Shown here in pieces: positions 27,172 to 37,087 of a stretch of DNA of 45,720 nt. The position numbers and the translations under genes are program-made. The stretch comes from an uncultured Sphingomonadaceae bacterium (GTDB lineage Bacteria > Pseudomonadota > Alphaproteobacteria > Sphingomonadales > Sphingomonadaceae): positions 13,077-58,796 of the forward strand of contig CAXTUG010000001.1 of the NCBI GenBank assembly GCA_964247375.1, in the 5' to 3' direction. Numbering within the stretch: position 1 is the stretch's first letter; the number at the start of each line of letters is the position of its first letter. The notes below the pieces were generated by a model that made no database searches, was not told the DNA's origin, and saw only the letters and a list, made by a program, of their open reading frames with translations.

Positions 27172-28440
27172 TCAGTTGCTCGCTTCCTCGACGACGCGGC
27201 GGAGCACTTCGCCCATATGCCGGCAATGGGCTTCGCTGAGCGTCGGGTCGACCGGCAACATCAGGCTTGTCTGACCGAGCCGGTGCGCCTCCGGCAACAC
27301 CCGTTCCGGTCCAATGCCGGCGACAGCAAACGCCCGTTCGCGATAGATTTCCGGGCAGATTCCGCTGAGGCATGGGATGCTACGATGGCAGGCTTCCTCC
27401 ACGATCCGGTCGCGCGTCCAGCCGGCGCGCAGCCGTTCGGGTCGTACGAACGTGTAGAATTTGTAATAGGCGTGGCCGATTCGCGCGTCGGGAAGGATGT
27501 TGCGCAGGGCGGGCGTGTCGGTCAGCTCGCCGAGGATCGCCGCGGCGTTGCGGCGCCGGGCTGCGATCCATCGGTCCAGCTTGCCGAGTTGGATCAGTCC
27601 GATCGCGGCCTGCATTTCGGTCAGCCGATAGTTGCTGCCGAAATGGTCGTGGACCCAGCGGAAGACGTGGCCGGACGCCGGCGTCCGCGCTGTCGCCTGC
27701 TCCTTGCCATGGTCCTTCAGCGACCAGGCGCGCCGTGCGACATCCCCGTCGCGGATCAGCAGCATGCCGCCCTCGCCACCTGTCGACATGATCTTGTCGG
27801 TGCAGAAGGAGTAGGCGGCGGCGTCGCCGAAGCCGCCGAGCGGTCGTCCATCAAGCGTGGCGCCGTGCGCTTGGGCACAATCTTCGATCAGCTTGAGACC
27901 GCGTCGCCGCGCCAGCGCTGCGAGCTCGTCCGCAGCCGCCGGATAGCCGCCGATATGGACGAGGATAACGGCTCGGGTCCGTTCGGTCAGTTGCGCCTCG
28001 ACCGACGCGACGGTCAGCCCCTGCGAGGTTTCGTCGATGTCAGCGAAGACCGGCGTCGCCCCGGCTGCGATCACGCAACTCGCAGATGCAACGAAGCTTC
28101 GCGCAGGTACGACAACCTCGTCGCCTGGACCAACCCCTAGAGCACGGAGCCCAACCTCAAGCGCCAAAGTGCCATTCGCCACCGCGATTGCATGCGGCAT
28201 ACCGCAACGCGCGGTGAACGCCGCTTCGAAAGCTGCGCACTGCTCGCCATGATGAAGCGAATTTACACGTCCCGACCGCAACACCTCGACGACGGCGGCT
28301 ATCTCGTCCTCTCCGTGGACGGGCCAACCCGACCGGACTGTCGGCGGTGGCGGCGATGGCTCGCGATCGACGAGATCGCAATCGGGCAGGGGCCGGACGC
28401 CCGCCACGCTCAGATGGCCTGGGCCGTGAGAGCAGGCCAT
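27172..28440 (-). CDS. DegT/DnrJ/EryC1/StrS sugar aminotransferase
   Basis: NGTLAL, IEDCAQAHG, SFCTDKIMSTGGEGG and GSNYRLTEMQAAIG. Start is 28440 or 28407. Confidence 0.93.
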   Translation of the reverse strand: MACSHGPGHLSVAGVRPLPDCDLVDREPSPPPPTVRSGWPVHGEDEIAAVVEVLRSGRVNSLHHGEQCAAFEAAFTARCGMPHAIAVANGTLALEVGLRALGVGPGDEVVVPARSFVASASCVIAAGATPVFADIDETSQGLTVASVEAQLTERTRAVILVHIGGYPAAADELAALARRRGLKLIEDCAQAHGATLDGRPLGGFGDAAAYSFCTDKIMSTGGEGGMLLIRDGDVARRAWSLKDHGKEQATARTPASGHVFRWVHDHFGSNYRLTEMQAAIGLIQLGKLDRWIAARRRNAAAILGELTDTPALRNILPDARIGHAYYKFYTFVRPERLRAGWTRDRIVEEACHRSIPCLSGICPEIYRERAFAVAGIGPERVLPEAHRLGQTSLMLPVDPTLSEAHCRHMGEVLRRVVEEASN

Positions 28441-30593
28441 GCCGGCGTCGGCACGACGGTCTCCTGCGGCTGCGGCGGGGCCGATGCCGGCTTCTCGCCG
28501 ATGTCGAGCATCTCGAAGAGCTGCTGCTTGACGCGCATCTCGTCATGCGCCGTTATCATCTCCGACAGCGCGTCGAAACCCTTACGGAGGATCGAGAGAG
28601 GGATCGGCATCGGCTCGGCCTCGAAAACCCCGGGAAGCTCCGAGGGCAGGCGTTCCTCGCGTTCGTCGAAAAGTTCTTCGTAGAGCTTCTCGCCTGGACG
28701 CAGGCCGATAATCTTGATGGGAACGTCGCGATGCGGCTCCAGGCCAGCGAGCCGGATCATGCGACGGGCAATGTCGATGACCTTTACCGGCTCGCCCATG
28801 TCAAGGACGATGAGGCGGCCCCGCTTGACATCGGATTCAAGCGCGCGTGCCATCGAGTGAAGCACGAGCTGTACCGCCTCGTGCACGGTCATGAAATAGC
28901 GCGTGATCTCGGGGTGAGTGACGGTCAGCGGGGCGCGCCGCCTCAGCTGCCGCTCGAACAGCGGGATTAGCGATCCGCTCGATCCCAGCACGTTACCGAA
29001 GCGTACCGTCATGAAGCGGGGGGCCTCCGGATCGCCGATACCTTCGAGATCCAGCGCCTGCGCGTAGAGCTCGCCCAACCGCTTGGTGGCACCCATCACG
29101 CCGACGGGATTCACGGCCTTGTCGGTCGAGACCTGCACCATCGCCCGGACGCCGTAGCGTCGAGCGGCGTCGGCGACGTTGCGAGTGCCGAGCACGTTGG
29201 TCTGCACGCCTGCGCACGCGTTCGTCTCGACCAGCGGTACGTGCTTCAGCGCAGCGGCGTGCAGCACGAATTCCGGCCGGTGCTGCTCGAACACGGCCAT
29301 CACGTGCTGGCGCTGCCGGATCGAGCAGAGCAGCGGCGTGCAGGGCACATGCGGGAAGTTCTCCCGCAGCTCGAGCTCGACGAGATAGAGGTTGTACTCG
29401 CCATTATCGAGCAGCATCAGTTCGGACGGCTCGATTGCGGCGATCTGCGCGGCGAGTTCGCGCCCGATCGTGCCGCCGGCGCCGGTTACCATCACGCGCC
29501 GACCTTTCAGCGCCCGCCGCACAACATCCTTGTCGAGAGAGATTTGCGGCCGGCCCAGCAGTTCGGCAAGGTTGATTGGCTCGAACTCGAGCCCCTGGTC
29601 CAGCGCGGCTGGCGGGGCGGCCCGGAGCACGGTCAGTCCAAGCGTCTCGGCGGCGGTTACCAGGCGCAGCTTGTCGGATCCTGCCATCCGGTTCACGCCT
29701 TCGGCGAGGATCAGGCAGGTCGGACGCGCGTTGCGGGCTGCCAACTGCGCGACGACATGCTTGACCGCGTCGATGTGGCCGAGGATCGGCACGTGGCGGA
29801 GCCGCATGGCGACATCCTGGTCGCCGACATCGAGAATGCCGACGGCGCGCAGATCGGGATTCCGCGCGGCCTCGATCTGGCGCAGCACCATCTCGACGTC
29901 TTCGGCGAGACCTGCGACGAGCGCGCTCTGTCGGGCCTTGTGCGGCACACGGCTCCCGGTCACGTCCCTCGCAATTGACAGGGTGCGCATCCCGTCGCGG
30001 AGCACGCGCCGCCACACGCGCCCGCCCGCCAGGAGCGCGACGAGTACGAACCACTGGATCACCGGCACCGACGTCGGCAGCCACTGCGCGCGCTCGGTCA
30101 GCGCCAGCAGGATCACGGACAGGAAGATCGCAAACGCGGCGGCCTCGGTCAGCGCTATCAGGTCCACGATCGAGGCAAGGCGCCATACACGCTTGTAGAC
30201 GCCGAAGCCGTAGAAAACGGCGACCCCGCTGACGACGAAGATCGGCAGATTGGCCACGAGCGCCTGCAGCATCGCGGCGGGGATGGTGCCGTTCATACGC
30301 AGCACGGTCGCGATCATGAGCGACGTGCAGATCGCCGCCGCATCGTAGCACGCATATGCCGCATGACGCACGGATCGGCGCCTCAGCAGTCGAGCCCCAA
30401 CTTGCAACGGCCTGCCCCTCTTACTCAGTACGCCCCTGACGCAGGAGGGAAGCAACGTTCGCGCTCCTGAATGTCGACGAAGCATAGCCCGCGAGCAGGG
30501 CAAACGAAGTTGAGCATAGGGGGCAGGTGCCAGCGGATCAGATTGCCGCCTGATCGTAGTAGCCCCCGGTCCAAAAGAGGCATTGCTGCGCAA
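28410..30593 (-). CDS. Membrane-bound UDP-GlcNAc 4,6-dehydratase (PglF/CapD/WbpM-like)
   Basis: N-terminal TMs; TGAGGTIG, HAAALKHVP, STDKAVNP, MGATKR, VRFGNVLGSSGS and RPGEKLYEEL. True start probably 30485 or 30407. Confidence 0.93.
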   Translation of the reverse strand: MRSNASFGPGATTIRRQSDPLAPAPYAQLRLPCSRAMLRRHSGARTLLPSCVRGVLSKRGRPLQVGARLLRRRSVRHAAYACYDAAAICTSLMIATVLRMNGTIPAAMLQALVANLPIFVVSGVAVFYGFGVYKRVWRLASIVDLIALTEAAAFAIFLSVILLALTERAQWLPTSVPVIQWFVLVALLAGGRVWRRVLRDGMRTLSIARDVTGSRVPHKARQSALVAGLAEDVEMVLRQIEAARNPDLRAVGILDVGDQDVAMRLRHVPILGHIDAVKHVVAQLAARNARPTCLILAEGVNRMAGSDKLRLVTAAETLGLTVLRAAPPAALDQGLEFEPINLAELLGRPQISLDKDVVRRALKGRRVMVTGAGGTIGRELAAQIAAIEPSELMLLDNGEYNLYLVELELRENFPHVPCTPLLCSIRQRQHVMAVFEQHRPEFVLHAAALKHVPLVETNACAGVQTNVLGTRNVADAARRYGVRAMVQVSTDKAVNPVGVMGATKRLGELYAQALDLEGIGDPEAPRFMTVRFGNVLGSSGSLIPLFERQLRRRAPLTVTHPEITRYFMTVHEAVQLVLHSMARALESDVKRGRLIVLDMGEPVKVIDIARRMIRLAGLEPHRDVPIKIIGLRPGEKLYEELFDEREERLPSELPGVFEAEPMPIPLSILRKGFDALSEMITAHDEMRVKQQLFEMLDIGEKPASAPPQPQETVVPTPAWPALTAQAI

Positions 30594-30701
30594 AGGAATG
30601 ATGTCCCTGGCAGTACTTTTCCATGCCGACCGTCGCCGTTATGATCATGCCCTGACGGTTCGGACGAGGTTCAGGGAGGCCTGTCCGAGCTGATCGGTCG
30701 A

Positions 30702-31919
30702 GTGTTCTGCGTAAGCGGGGGCGGGCGCTACATCGTGAAAGTGCTGCACGTCATAACCGGCCTTAATGTCGGCGGTGCAGAGACGATGCTCGCTCGTCTG
30801 CTCGAGCAGACGGATGGTATCCCCGGGGCATCGGCTGAAGTCTTGTCGCTATTGCCGCCCGGTCCAGCGGCCGACCGGATAATCCCGCTTGGCGTACCCG
30901 TCCATCACCTCGGCATGCGTGCGGGACGTCCCTCGCTGACGGCGGCATTCAAGCTGGCGGCCACCGTGCGCCGGTTGCGTCCCGATCTCATCATGGGCTG
31001 GATGCACCACGGCCAGATTGCGGCAACCCTCGCGGCGCTCGTGACGCCCGGGCGGCCTCCGGTCATCTGGAATGTGCGTCATTCACTGAGCGGCTTCGTG
31101 CAGGAGAAGCCGCTCACGCGGTTGTTGCTCCGACTGGGAGCGTTGCTCTCACGCACTCCGAAGGCGATCATCTACAACTCGCGTACGGCAGCGGCGCAAT
31201 ATGGCGCATTGGGCTTCGATGGCAGGCGCGCGGTTGTCATTCCGAACGGCTTCCATGTTCCGGCGGCTTCCGCGCCGGCGATCGGCCGTGCCTTCATTCA
31301 GCAGCGGTTAGGAATAGGCATCGAGCCGCTGCTGATTGCCATGGTCGCACGGGACCATCCCATGAAGGACGTGCCCAACCTCGTCATCGCCTTCTCGCGC
31401 CTCATCGCCGCCGGTTTGGACGCGCATCTGCTGCTCGTCGGCCAGAATATGGATCGACCAACCGCAGCCGTCGCCGCACTGCTTGCGCGGATCCCGTCCG
31501 CTCGCTGGACGCTGGCTGGCCACCGGTCGGACGTGGCAGGCTGGCTCGGCGGGGTCGACGTGCTCGCGCTTCCGTCCGCATGGGGCGAGGGATTTCCGAA
31601 TATCGTGGGCGAGGCGATGGCCGCGGGCGTGGCCTGCGTCGCGACCGACGTAGGTGACAGCGGCTGGCTGGTCGCCGAAAACGGGCGCGTCGTTCCGCCT
31701 GCCGACGCCGAGGCTTTGGCGGACGCGCTGCTCGACCTGCACCGCCTCGGGCCGGCAGGCAGGAGAAAGCTCGGCATGGCGGCACGGGAGCGCATCGCGC
31801 GGGATTTCGCACTGCCCGACATTGCGCGGCGCTATCTTGATCTCTGCCGCGCCGTGACGGCGCCTCGGCAGGAGAGAGCGGCGGCGCCCACGGGGATCCC
31901 GCGGAGGGAAGTGTCGTGA
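30702..31919 (+). CDS. Glycosyltransferase family 4
   Basis: HVITGLNVGGAE, IWNVRHS and EGFPNIVGEAM. Likely start GTG 30735. Confidence 0.93.
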   Translation: MFCVSGGGRYIVKVLHVITGLNVGGAETMLARLLEQTDGIPGASAEVLSLLPPGPAADRIIPLGVPVHHLGMRAGRPSLTAAFKLAATVRRLRPDLIMGWMHHGQIAATLAALVTPGRPPVIWNVRHSLSGFVQEKPLTRLLLRLGALLSRTPKAIIYNSRTAAAQYGALGFDGRRAVVIPNGFHVPAASAPAIGRAFIQQRLGIGIEPLLIAMVARDHPMKDVPNLVIAFSRLIAAGLDAHLLLVGQNMDRPTAAVAALLARIPSARWTLAGHRSDVAGWLGGVDVLALPSAWGEGFPNIVGEAMAAGVACVATDVGDSGWLVAENGRVVPPADAEALADALLDLHRLGPAGRRKLGMAARERIARDFALPDIARRYLDLCRAVTAPRQERAAAPTGIPRREVS

Positions 31920-33088
31920 GAGTGATCGTGGTCGCGAGCCTCGCCTTTTCGCTCACCAACTTCCGCGGTCGGCTCCTGTCCGCGATGGTTGAGGCCGGGC
32001 ACGAGGTCATCGCCTGCGCGCCGGAGGATGATCATGACGTCGTGGAGGCGCTGGCCCGGCTCGGGGTGAGCTATCGCATGATGCCGATGGCGCGCGTCGG
32101 ACTGAATCCTCTCGGGGATGTTCGCACGCTGACCTGGCTGTTCGGTCTTTTTCGGCGCGAACGACCCGATCTGGTGCTCGCCTACACGCAGAAGCCAATC
32201 ATATATGGCGGCATTGCAGCACGCCTCGCAGGGATTTCGCGCTATTATGCGATGAACAGCGGTCTCGGGCACGTCTTCAGCGAGGGAAGCGCGCGCTGGC
32301 TCCGTGCGCTGGTCCGCAAACTCTACGCGCTTGCGCTCGCACAGGCGGCGGGCGTGTTCGTCTTCAACGCCGACGATCTGCGGGAGATGACGCGGCTGAG
32401 GATGGTTCCCGCGGGAACACCCTGCACCCGGGTCCCCGGTTCAGGCGTCGACGTCAGCTATTATGCGGCAGCCCCGATCCCGCCGGGACCTATGTGCTTC
32501 CTGATGATCGCGCGGCTTCTCCGCAGCAAGGGCGTGCACGAATATGTCGAGGCTGCCCGGCGCATTCGCCGCCTTCACCCGGACGTCAGCTTCGCACTGT
32601 TGGGGCCGCTCGACCCCAATCCTTCGGGAATCGGCGCCGATCAAGTCGCGGCGTGGCGCAAGGAGGGCGTGATCGAGTATCTGGACGAGGTCAGGGACGT
32701 CCGGCCGATGCTGGCGGCCGCGAGCGTCTTCGTGCTGCCGAGCTGGTACCGGGAAGGCCTGCCCCGTACCATTCTCGAGGCACTGGCTATCGGGCGGGCG
32801 GTCATCACCACCGACATGCCCGGCTGTCGCGAGCCGATCGAGAACGGAGTTAACGGTTTTCTCGTGCAACCACGCGATGTTGGATCGCTTGAAGCCGCGA
32901 TGATGCGGTTCGTCAATGATCCCGCTCTCGCCGAGACCATGGGCGCGAGAAGCCGCCGAATCGCGATCGAGCGCTACGATGTTGACCAGGTGAATGCGCT
33001 GCTCCTCTCGACGATGGGGCTGCGGCGGGCGGAGTCAGCGCGTACTGATGAAGCGGCGATGCGGGCGCTCGTGGGTGCCGCCGCGTGA
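31916..33088 (+). CDS. Glycosyltransferase family 4 (PglA/CapM-like)
   Basis: SLTNFRG, YTQKPIIYG, ARLLRSKGV and REGLPRTILEA. Confidence 0.93.
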   Translation: MRVIVVASLAFSLTNFRGRLLSAMVEAGHEVIACAPEDDHDVVEALARLGVSYRMMPMARVGLNPLGDVRTLTWLFGLFRRERPDLVLAYTQKPIIYGGIAARLAGISRYYAMNSGLGHVFSEGSARWLRALVRKLYALALAQAAGVFVFNADDLREMTRLRMVPAGTPCTRVPGSGVDVSYYAAAPIPPGPMCFLMIARLLRSKGVHEYVEAARRIRRLHPDVSFALLGPLDPNPSGIGADQVAAWRKEGVIEYLDEVRDVRPMLAAASVFVLPSWYREGLPRTILEALAIGRAVITTDMPGCREPIENGVNGFLVQPRDVGSLEAAMMRFVNDPALAETMGARSRRIAIERYDVDQVNALLLSTMGLRRAESARTDEAAMRALVGAAA

Positions 33089-33687
33089 ACGTTCGTCGCG
33101 GGCTTGACCTCGCCGCGGCCTCGCTCGGCCTCCTCTTTACTGCGCCGCTGCTCGTTCTGATCGCAGCCGGCATCGCCCTGCTCGACGAACGGCCGGTGCT
33201 GTTCAGGCAGGTGCGGAGCGGGAGACAGGGCAAGCTCATGACGATCGTAAAATTCAGGACCATGCGCGCCGCGACGAGCGGGGCTGGCGGGCCGCTGCCG
33301 GACGAGGCACGGACGACGCCGTTCGGCCGCTTCCTCCGCAGGACGCGGCTCGATGAACTGCCGCAGCTCTGGAACCTGCTCATCGGCGATATGAGCCTGG
33401 TCGGACCGAGACCGCTGCTCCCCGCAACGATCGCCGAAGTGGGTGAGGCGGGACGACTCAGGGGCAGCATTCGACCAGGGCTCACGGGGCTTGCTCAGGT
33501 CAGCGGCAACACGCTCCTCAGCACGGAGGAGAAGATCGCGCTCGATAATTGGTACATTGCGCATCGTTCGCTGAGCCTGGACGTCGCGATCATCGTCCGG
33601 ACTTTGAGGGTCAGTCTGCTCGGCGAGCGACGCGATCTCCGTCTGCTGGAGAGGGCACATGCGCGCAGTCCTGATCGGCGCGGTTGA
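33085..33687 (+). CDS. Monotopic phosphoglycosyl transferase (PglC-like bacterial sugar transferase)
   Basis: [23 protein letters not shown] and PGLTGLAQV. Confidence 0.93.
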   Translation: MNVRRGLDLAAASLGLLFTAPLLVLIAAGIALLDERPVLFRQVRSGRQGKLMTIVKFRTMRAATSGAGGPLPDEARTTPFGRFLRRTRLDELPQLWNLLIGDMSLVGPRPLLPATIAEVGEAGRLRGSIRPGLTGLAQVSGNTLLSTEEKIALDNWYIAHRSLSLDVAIIVRTLRVSLLGERRDLRLLERAHARSPDRRG

Positions 33688-34570
33688 GAGCACCCGCGTT
33701 GCTCTCGAGGCACTCGCGGGTGCATCCGATTGGGAGGTCGCGGCGGTCGTCACCCTGCCGCTCGAGCTCGCGTCGCGGCATTCCGATTTCGTCGATCTGG
33801 CGCCGGTCGCGGAGGCGGCCGGATGCAGGATGGTGCGGAGCACGAATGCGAACGACCCCGCCACGATCGAATTTATCGAGGGGCTTGCGCCGGATTACCT
33901 GTTCGTCATCGGCTGGTCGCAACTCTGCGGCGACCGGATGATGGCGATTGCGCCGGGGCGGACCGTCGGCTATCATCCCGCGCCGCTGCCGCGGCTGCGC
34001 GGGCGCGGCGTCATCCCCTGGACCATTTTGCTGGAAGAGCCGATCACTGCCGGCACCTTGTTCCTGATCGATCAGGGCGTGGACAGCGGAGCGATCCTCG
34101 CGCAGCATTTCTTCCACGTCGCCAGCGACGAGACCGCAGCCACGCTCTACCATCGCCATATGGCGGCGCTGACGGTGATGCTGCCGCCCGTCCTTGACGG
34201 GCTGGCGAATGGAACGATCGAGCCGCGCGCGCAGGACGATCATTACGCAACCTGGGCGTCCCGGCGCCGGCCGGAGGATGGCGAGATCGACTGGACGGGA
34301 GCCGCGCGCGACATCTGGCGGCTGGTACGGGCATGCGGGCCGCCATACCCGGGCGCCCTTACGCAGCTGGGGAGCACGCCTCTCATCATCACGGCCGCCG
34401 ACCATGTTGCGATCGAGGATCATCGCGCCGCACTGACGGGACAAATCGTCCTGCGTGACGAAGCCGGCTTCATCGTTCGCTGTGGCGACGGCGGCGGCCT
34501 TCGCGTCACTGCCTGGCAATGGGATCGCGCCGGTCCGCCACCGCTTCACGCGAAGCTGGGATCGACATGA
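33659..34570 (+). CDS. Formyltransferase (Fmt/ArnA-N family), probable sugar N-formyltransferase
   Basis: YHPAPLPRLRG, GVDSG, IDW and PYPGA motifs; located inside a glycan operon. Confidence 0.85.
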   Translation: MRAVLIGAVESTRVALEALAGASDWEVAAVVTLPLELASRHSDFVDLAPVAEAAGCRMVRSTNANDPATIEFIEGLAPDYLFVIGWSQLCGDRMMAIAPGRTVGYHPAPLPRLRGRGVIPWTILLEEPITAGTLFLIDQGVDSGAILAQHFFHVASDETAATLYHRHMAALTVMLPPVLDGLANGTIEPRAQDDHYATWASRRRPEDGEIDWTGAARDIWRLVRACGPPYPGALTQLGSTPLIITAADHVAIEDHRAALTGQIVLRDEAGFIVRCGDGGGLRVTAWQWDRAGPPPLHAKLGST

Positions 34571-35250
34571 GCCTCACCGCCCGCATCGCGCGCGCGCTCG
34601 TGCTCGCGCCGCATCCCGACGACGAGGTTCTCGGCTGCGGCGGCACCATCGCGCGTCTCACCGCCCAGGGTAGCGAGGTACATGTGGCGATCGTGACACG
34701 TGGGCGCGAGCCGCGCTTCACCGCCGCCGCCGCCGATACCGTCGCCAACGAGGCGGCGCGTGCTCATGCGATGCTGGGCGTCACGCGCACGCACATGCTC
34801 GGTTTGCCCGCCGCCGAACTCGACCGGTTGCCGCGGGCGGACCTCAATACCGCGATCGCAGCCATCGTGGCGGAGGTCGCGCCCGACACTCTGTTCCTAC
34901 CGTTCGTCGGCGATCTCCATTTCGATCACCAGCTGGTCTTTGAGGCGGCGTTGGTTGCGGCGCGGCCGCGCGGCGCCGATTACCCTCTGCGCCTGCTTGC
35001 CTACGAGACTCTCTCCGAGACGAATTGGTCGGCGCCAACCCTCGCGCCGGCGTTCGCGCCTAACGTGTTCGTCGACATCATGGACCAGATCGACCGCAAG
35101 CTTGAAGCGTTCGCCTGCTTTGCTTCACAATGCCGGCCCTTTCCCGACGAACGCTCGCTAGAGACGCTGCGCGCCCTGGCCATCCTTCGCGGATCCACCG
35201 TGACCCGTGTCGCCGCAGAGGCGTTCATGCTGATCCGGGAGATCGATTGA
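34567..35250 (+). CDS. PIG-L/LmbE-family N-deacetylase
   Basis: APHPDDEVLGCGG and HFDH metal motifs, YETLSET; ATGA overlap. Confidence 0.92.
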   Translation: MSLTARIARALVLAPHPDDEVLGCGGTIARLTAQGSEVHVAIVTRGREPRFTAAAADTVANEAARAHAMLGVTRTHMLGLPAAELDRLPRADLNTAIAAIVAEVAPDTLFLPFVGDLHFDHQLVFEAALVAARPRGADYPLRLLAYETLSETNWSAPTLAPAFAPNVFVDIMDQIDRKLEAFACFASQCRPFPDERSLETLRALAILRGSTVTRVAAEAFMLIREID

Positions 35251-36266
35251 TGCTGGAGATCGCATATGGCTCGCGGCAGCGAAGCACCGTAGGCGCCGAC
35301 CGACCGCACCTCTCGATGCTGCTCAGTTCTGCAGGTCGACGGGTTGCGCTGCTCCGCGCCTTCCGCTCGGCGGCGCAGGCGCTGGGCATCGATCTTGAGA
35401 TCATCGCCGGCGACGTTCGCCCGGAATGGAGCCCGGCCTGTCTCGAGGCCGACCACTATGTTACCATGCCGCCGGCCACCTCGCCCGACTTCATCGAAGC
35501 GATGCTGTCGCTTTGCAAACGGCACGCCGTCGGCCTCGTAATACCGACGATCGACACCGAACTCGGCCCGCTCGCCGGCGCGTGGGATCGTTTCAAGGCG
35601 ATCGGAACGACCGTTGCGGTGAGCGATGCAGCGCTGGTCGCCATGGCGCGCGACAAGCTGGCAACCGCCGAGTTCCTTGCAGCGGCGGACATTCCGGCGC
35701 CGCGCACGACCACGCCGGAAATGCTGCTTCAGGACGGGGGCGACTGGTGCTGGCCGCTGCTGGCGAAACCGCGGCACGGGAGCTCGGGCTTCGGCGTGAT
35801 GCTCGTCCGCGATCCAGAGGACGTGCGCCGTCTGCCGGCCGATCAGCCCTACGTCGTGCAGGCGCTGCTTGGCGGCCGCGAGTTCACCGTGAACCTCTAC
35901 TTCGACGCCGCCGGGCGGCTCGGCAGCGCCGTTCCGCACGAGCGGGTCAAGGTACGGTCGGGGGAAGTGGAAAAGGGCATTACAAAGCGGCATCCGCTGC
36001 TGTGCGACCTTGCCGGGCAGTTGGGCGCGGCGATGCGCGGCGCACGCGGAGCGCTCTGCTTCCAAGCGTTCGTGGCAGATGACGGGCCGGTGTCCGTATT
36101 CGAGATCAATGCCCGGTTCGGCGGCGGCTATCCGCTCGCCGATCATGCCGGAGCGAAGTTCGCACGATGGCTGCTGGAGCAGAGGCTGGGAATGTCGCCC
36201 ACCGTTTCCGACGAATGGCGCGACGGCGTGATGATGCTGCGCTACGACGATGCGGTATTCGTGTGA
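35250..36266 (+). CDS. ATP-grasp domain protein (PylC/carbamoyl-phosphate-synthase-like ligase)
   Basis: SAGRR, IPTIDTEL, RDK, KPRHGSSG, EFTVN and EINARFGGG; TGATG coupling. Confidence 0.9.
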   Translation: MLEIAYGSRQRSTVGADRPHLSMLLSSAGRRVALLRAFRSAAQALGIDLEIIAGDVRPEWSPACLEADHYVTMPPATSPDFIEAMLSLCKRHAVGLVIPTIDTELGPLAGAWDRFKAIGTTVAVSDAALVAMARDKLATAEFLAAADIPAPRTTTPEMLLQDGGDWCWPLLAKPRHGSSGFGVMLVRDPEDVRRLPADQPYVVQALLGGREFTVNLYFDAAGRLGSAVPHERVKVRSGEVEKGITKRHPLLCDLAGQLGAAMRGARGALCFQAFVADDGPVSVFEINARFGGGYPLADHAGAKFARWLLEQRLGMSPTVSDEWRDGVMMLRYDDAVFV

Positions 36267-36958
36267 TAGAAAAGCCGGCTAGGCATAGGGCGCGGTACGT
36301 GGTTGTCTTCGACCTAGACGACACGCTCTACCTTGAGCGGGACTATGTCGAGAGCGGTCTGCGTGCCGTCGGCCGCTGGGCGGAGCTGCAGGTTGGCTTG
36401 CTGGGAGCCGGCGAGGATCTCGTCGGTCGATTTCGCGCCGGACGGCGGGAGCGCTTGTTCGACGCGCTGCTGGCGGACGCCGGCATTCGCCCGGCACAGG
36501 AGCTGATCGCACGCATGCTGCGCGTGTACCGGCAGCACCGTCCCGCGATCGCACCGGCTCAAGATGCCGTTCGATACCTTGCGCGCCGGCCGTCCGATTG
36601 CGCCGTCGCTATCATCACCGATGGTTTTCTGGACGCGCAGAAGCGGAAGATCCGAGCGCTCGGCCTGCATGCACTCGGCGTCGGCATAGCGATCTGCACG
36701 GATCGCTGGGGCCGGGAGCACTGGAAGCCGTCGACCCGCGCATTTGAATATGTGCAATCCCGGTTCGAGTTGCCTTCCGAAGCATTCGCGTACGTTGCGG
36801 ACAATCCCGTGAAGGACTTCCACGCGCCGCGAATGCTGGGCTGGCGAACGGTGCAGGTGACGCGTCCCGATCGCGTTCACAAGGAACATGTTGACGTGAT
36901 CGTACCGGCGGATCTCGCAATCGAGAGCTTGGACGAACTTAGAGTCGATGCTGAATGA
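36263..36958 (+). CDS. HAD-family hydrolase
   Basis: VFDLDDTLY, IITDG, KPS and ADNPVKDF; GTGA overlap. Confidence 0.9.
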   Translation: MIEKPARHRARYVVVFDLDDTLYLERDYVESGLRAVGRWAELQVGLLGAGEDLVGRFRAGRRERLFDALLADAGIRPAQELIARMLRVYRQHRPAIAPAQDAVRYLARRPSDCAVAIITDGFLDAQKRKIRALGLHALGVGIAICTDRWGREHWKPSTRAFEYVQSRFELPSEAFAYVADNPVKDFHAPRMLGWRTVQVTRPDRVHKEHVDVIVPADLAIESLDELRVDAE

Positions 36959-37087
36959 TGCTATTAGTTCTGGTCGGCAAATAGCTTAGTCGTGACGGCT
37001 CGTAACGATACATCAACTCTGATCAAGTATCGTGCAAAATCTCATGTAATAAGCAACTCTGCGTCGATATAATCGGCAGCGTTGCTC

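Noticed and set aside
1227-30670. Loose shared motif (AAAGTCCGAAAG, AAACTCCGAAAC, TCGGACGAGGT) in several intergenic regions as a response-regulator site
   Set aside because: Too short and degenerate to separate from chance by eye; it needs a motif-discovery run on the intergenic regions.
33659-34570. Housekeeping methionyl-tRNA formyltransferase (fmt)
   Set aside because: No adjacent def gene, divergent motifs, and translational coupling inside a glycan operon.
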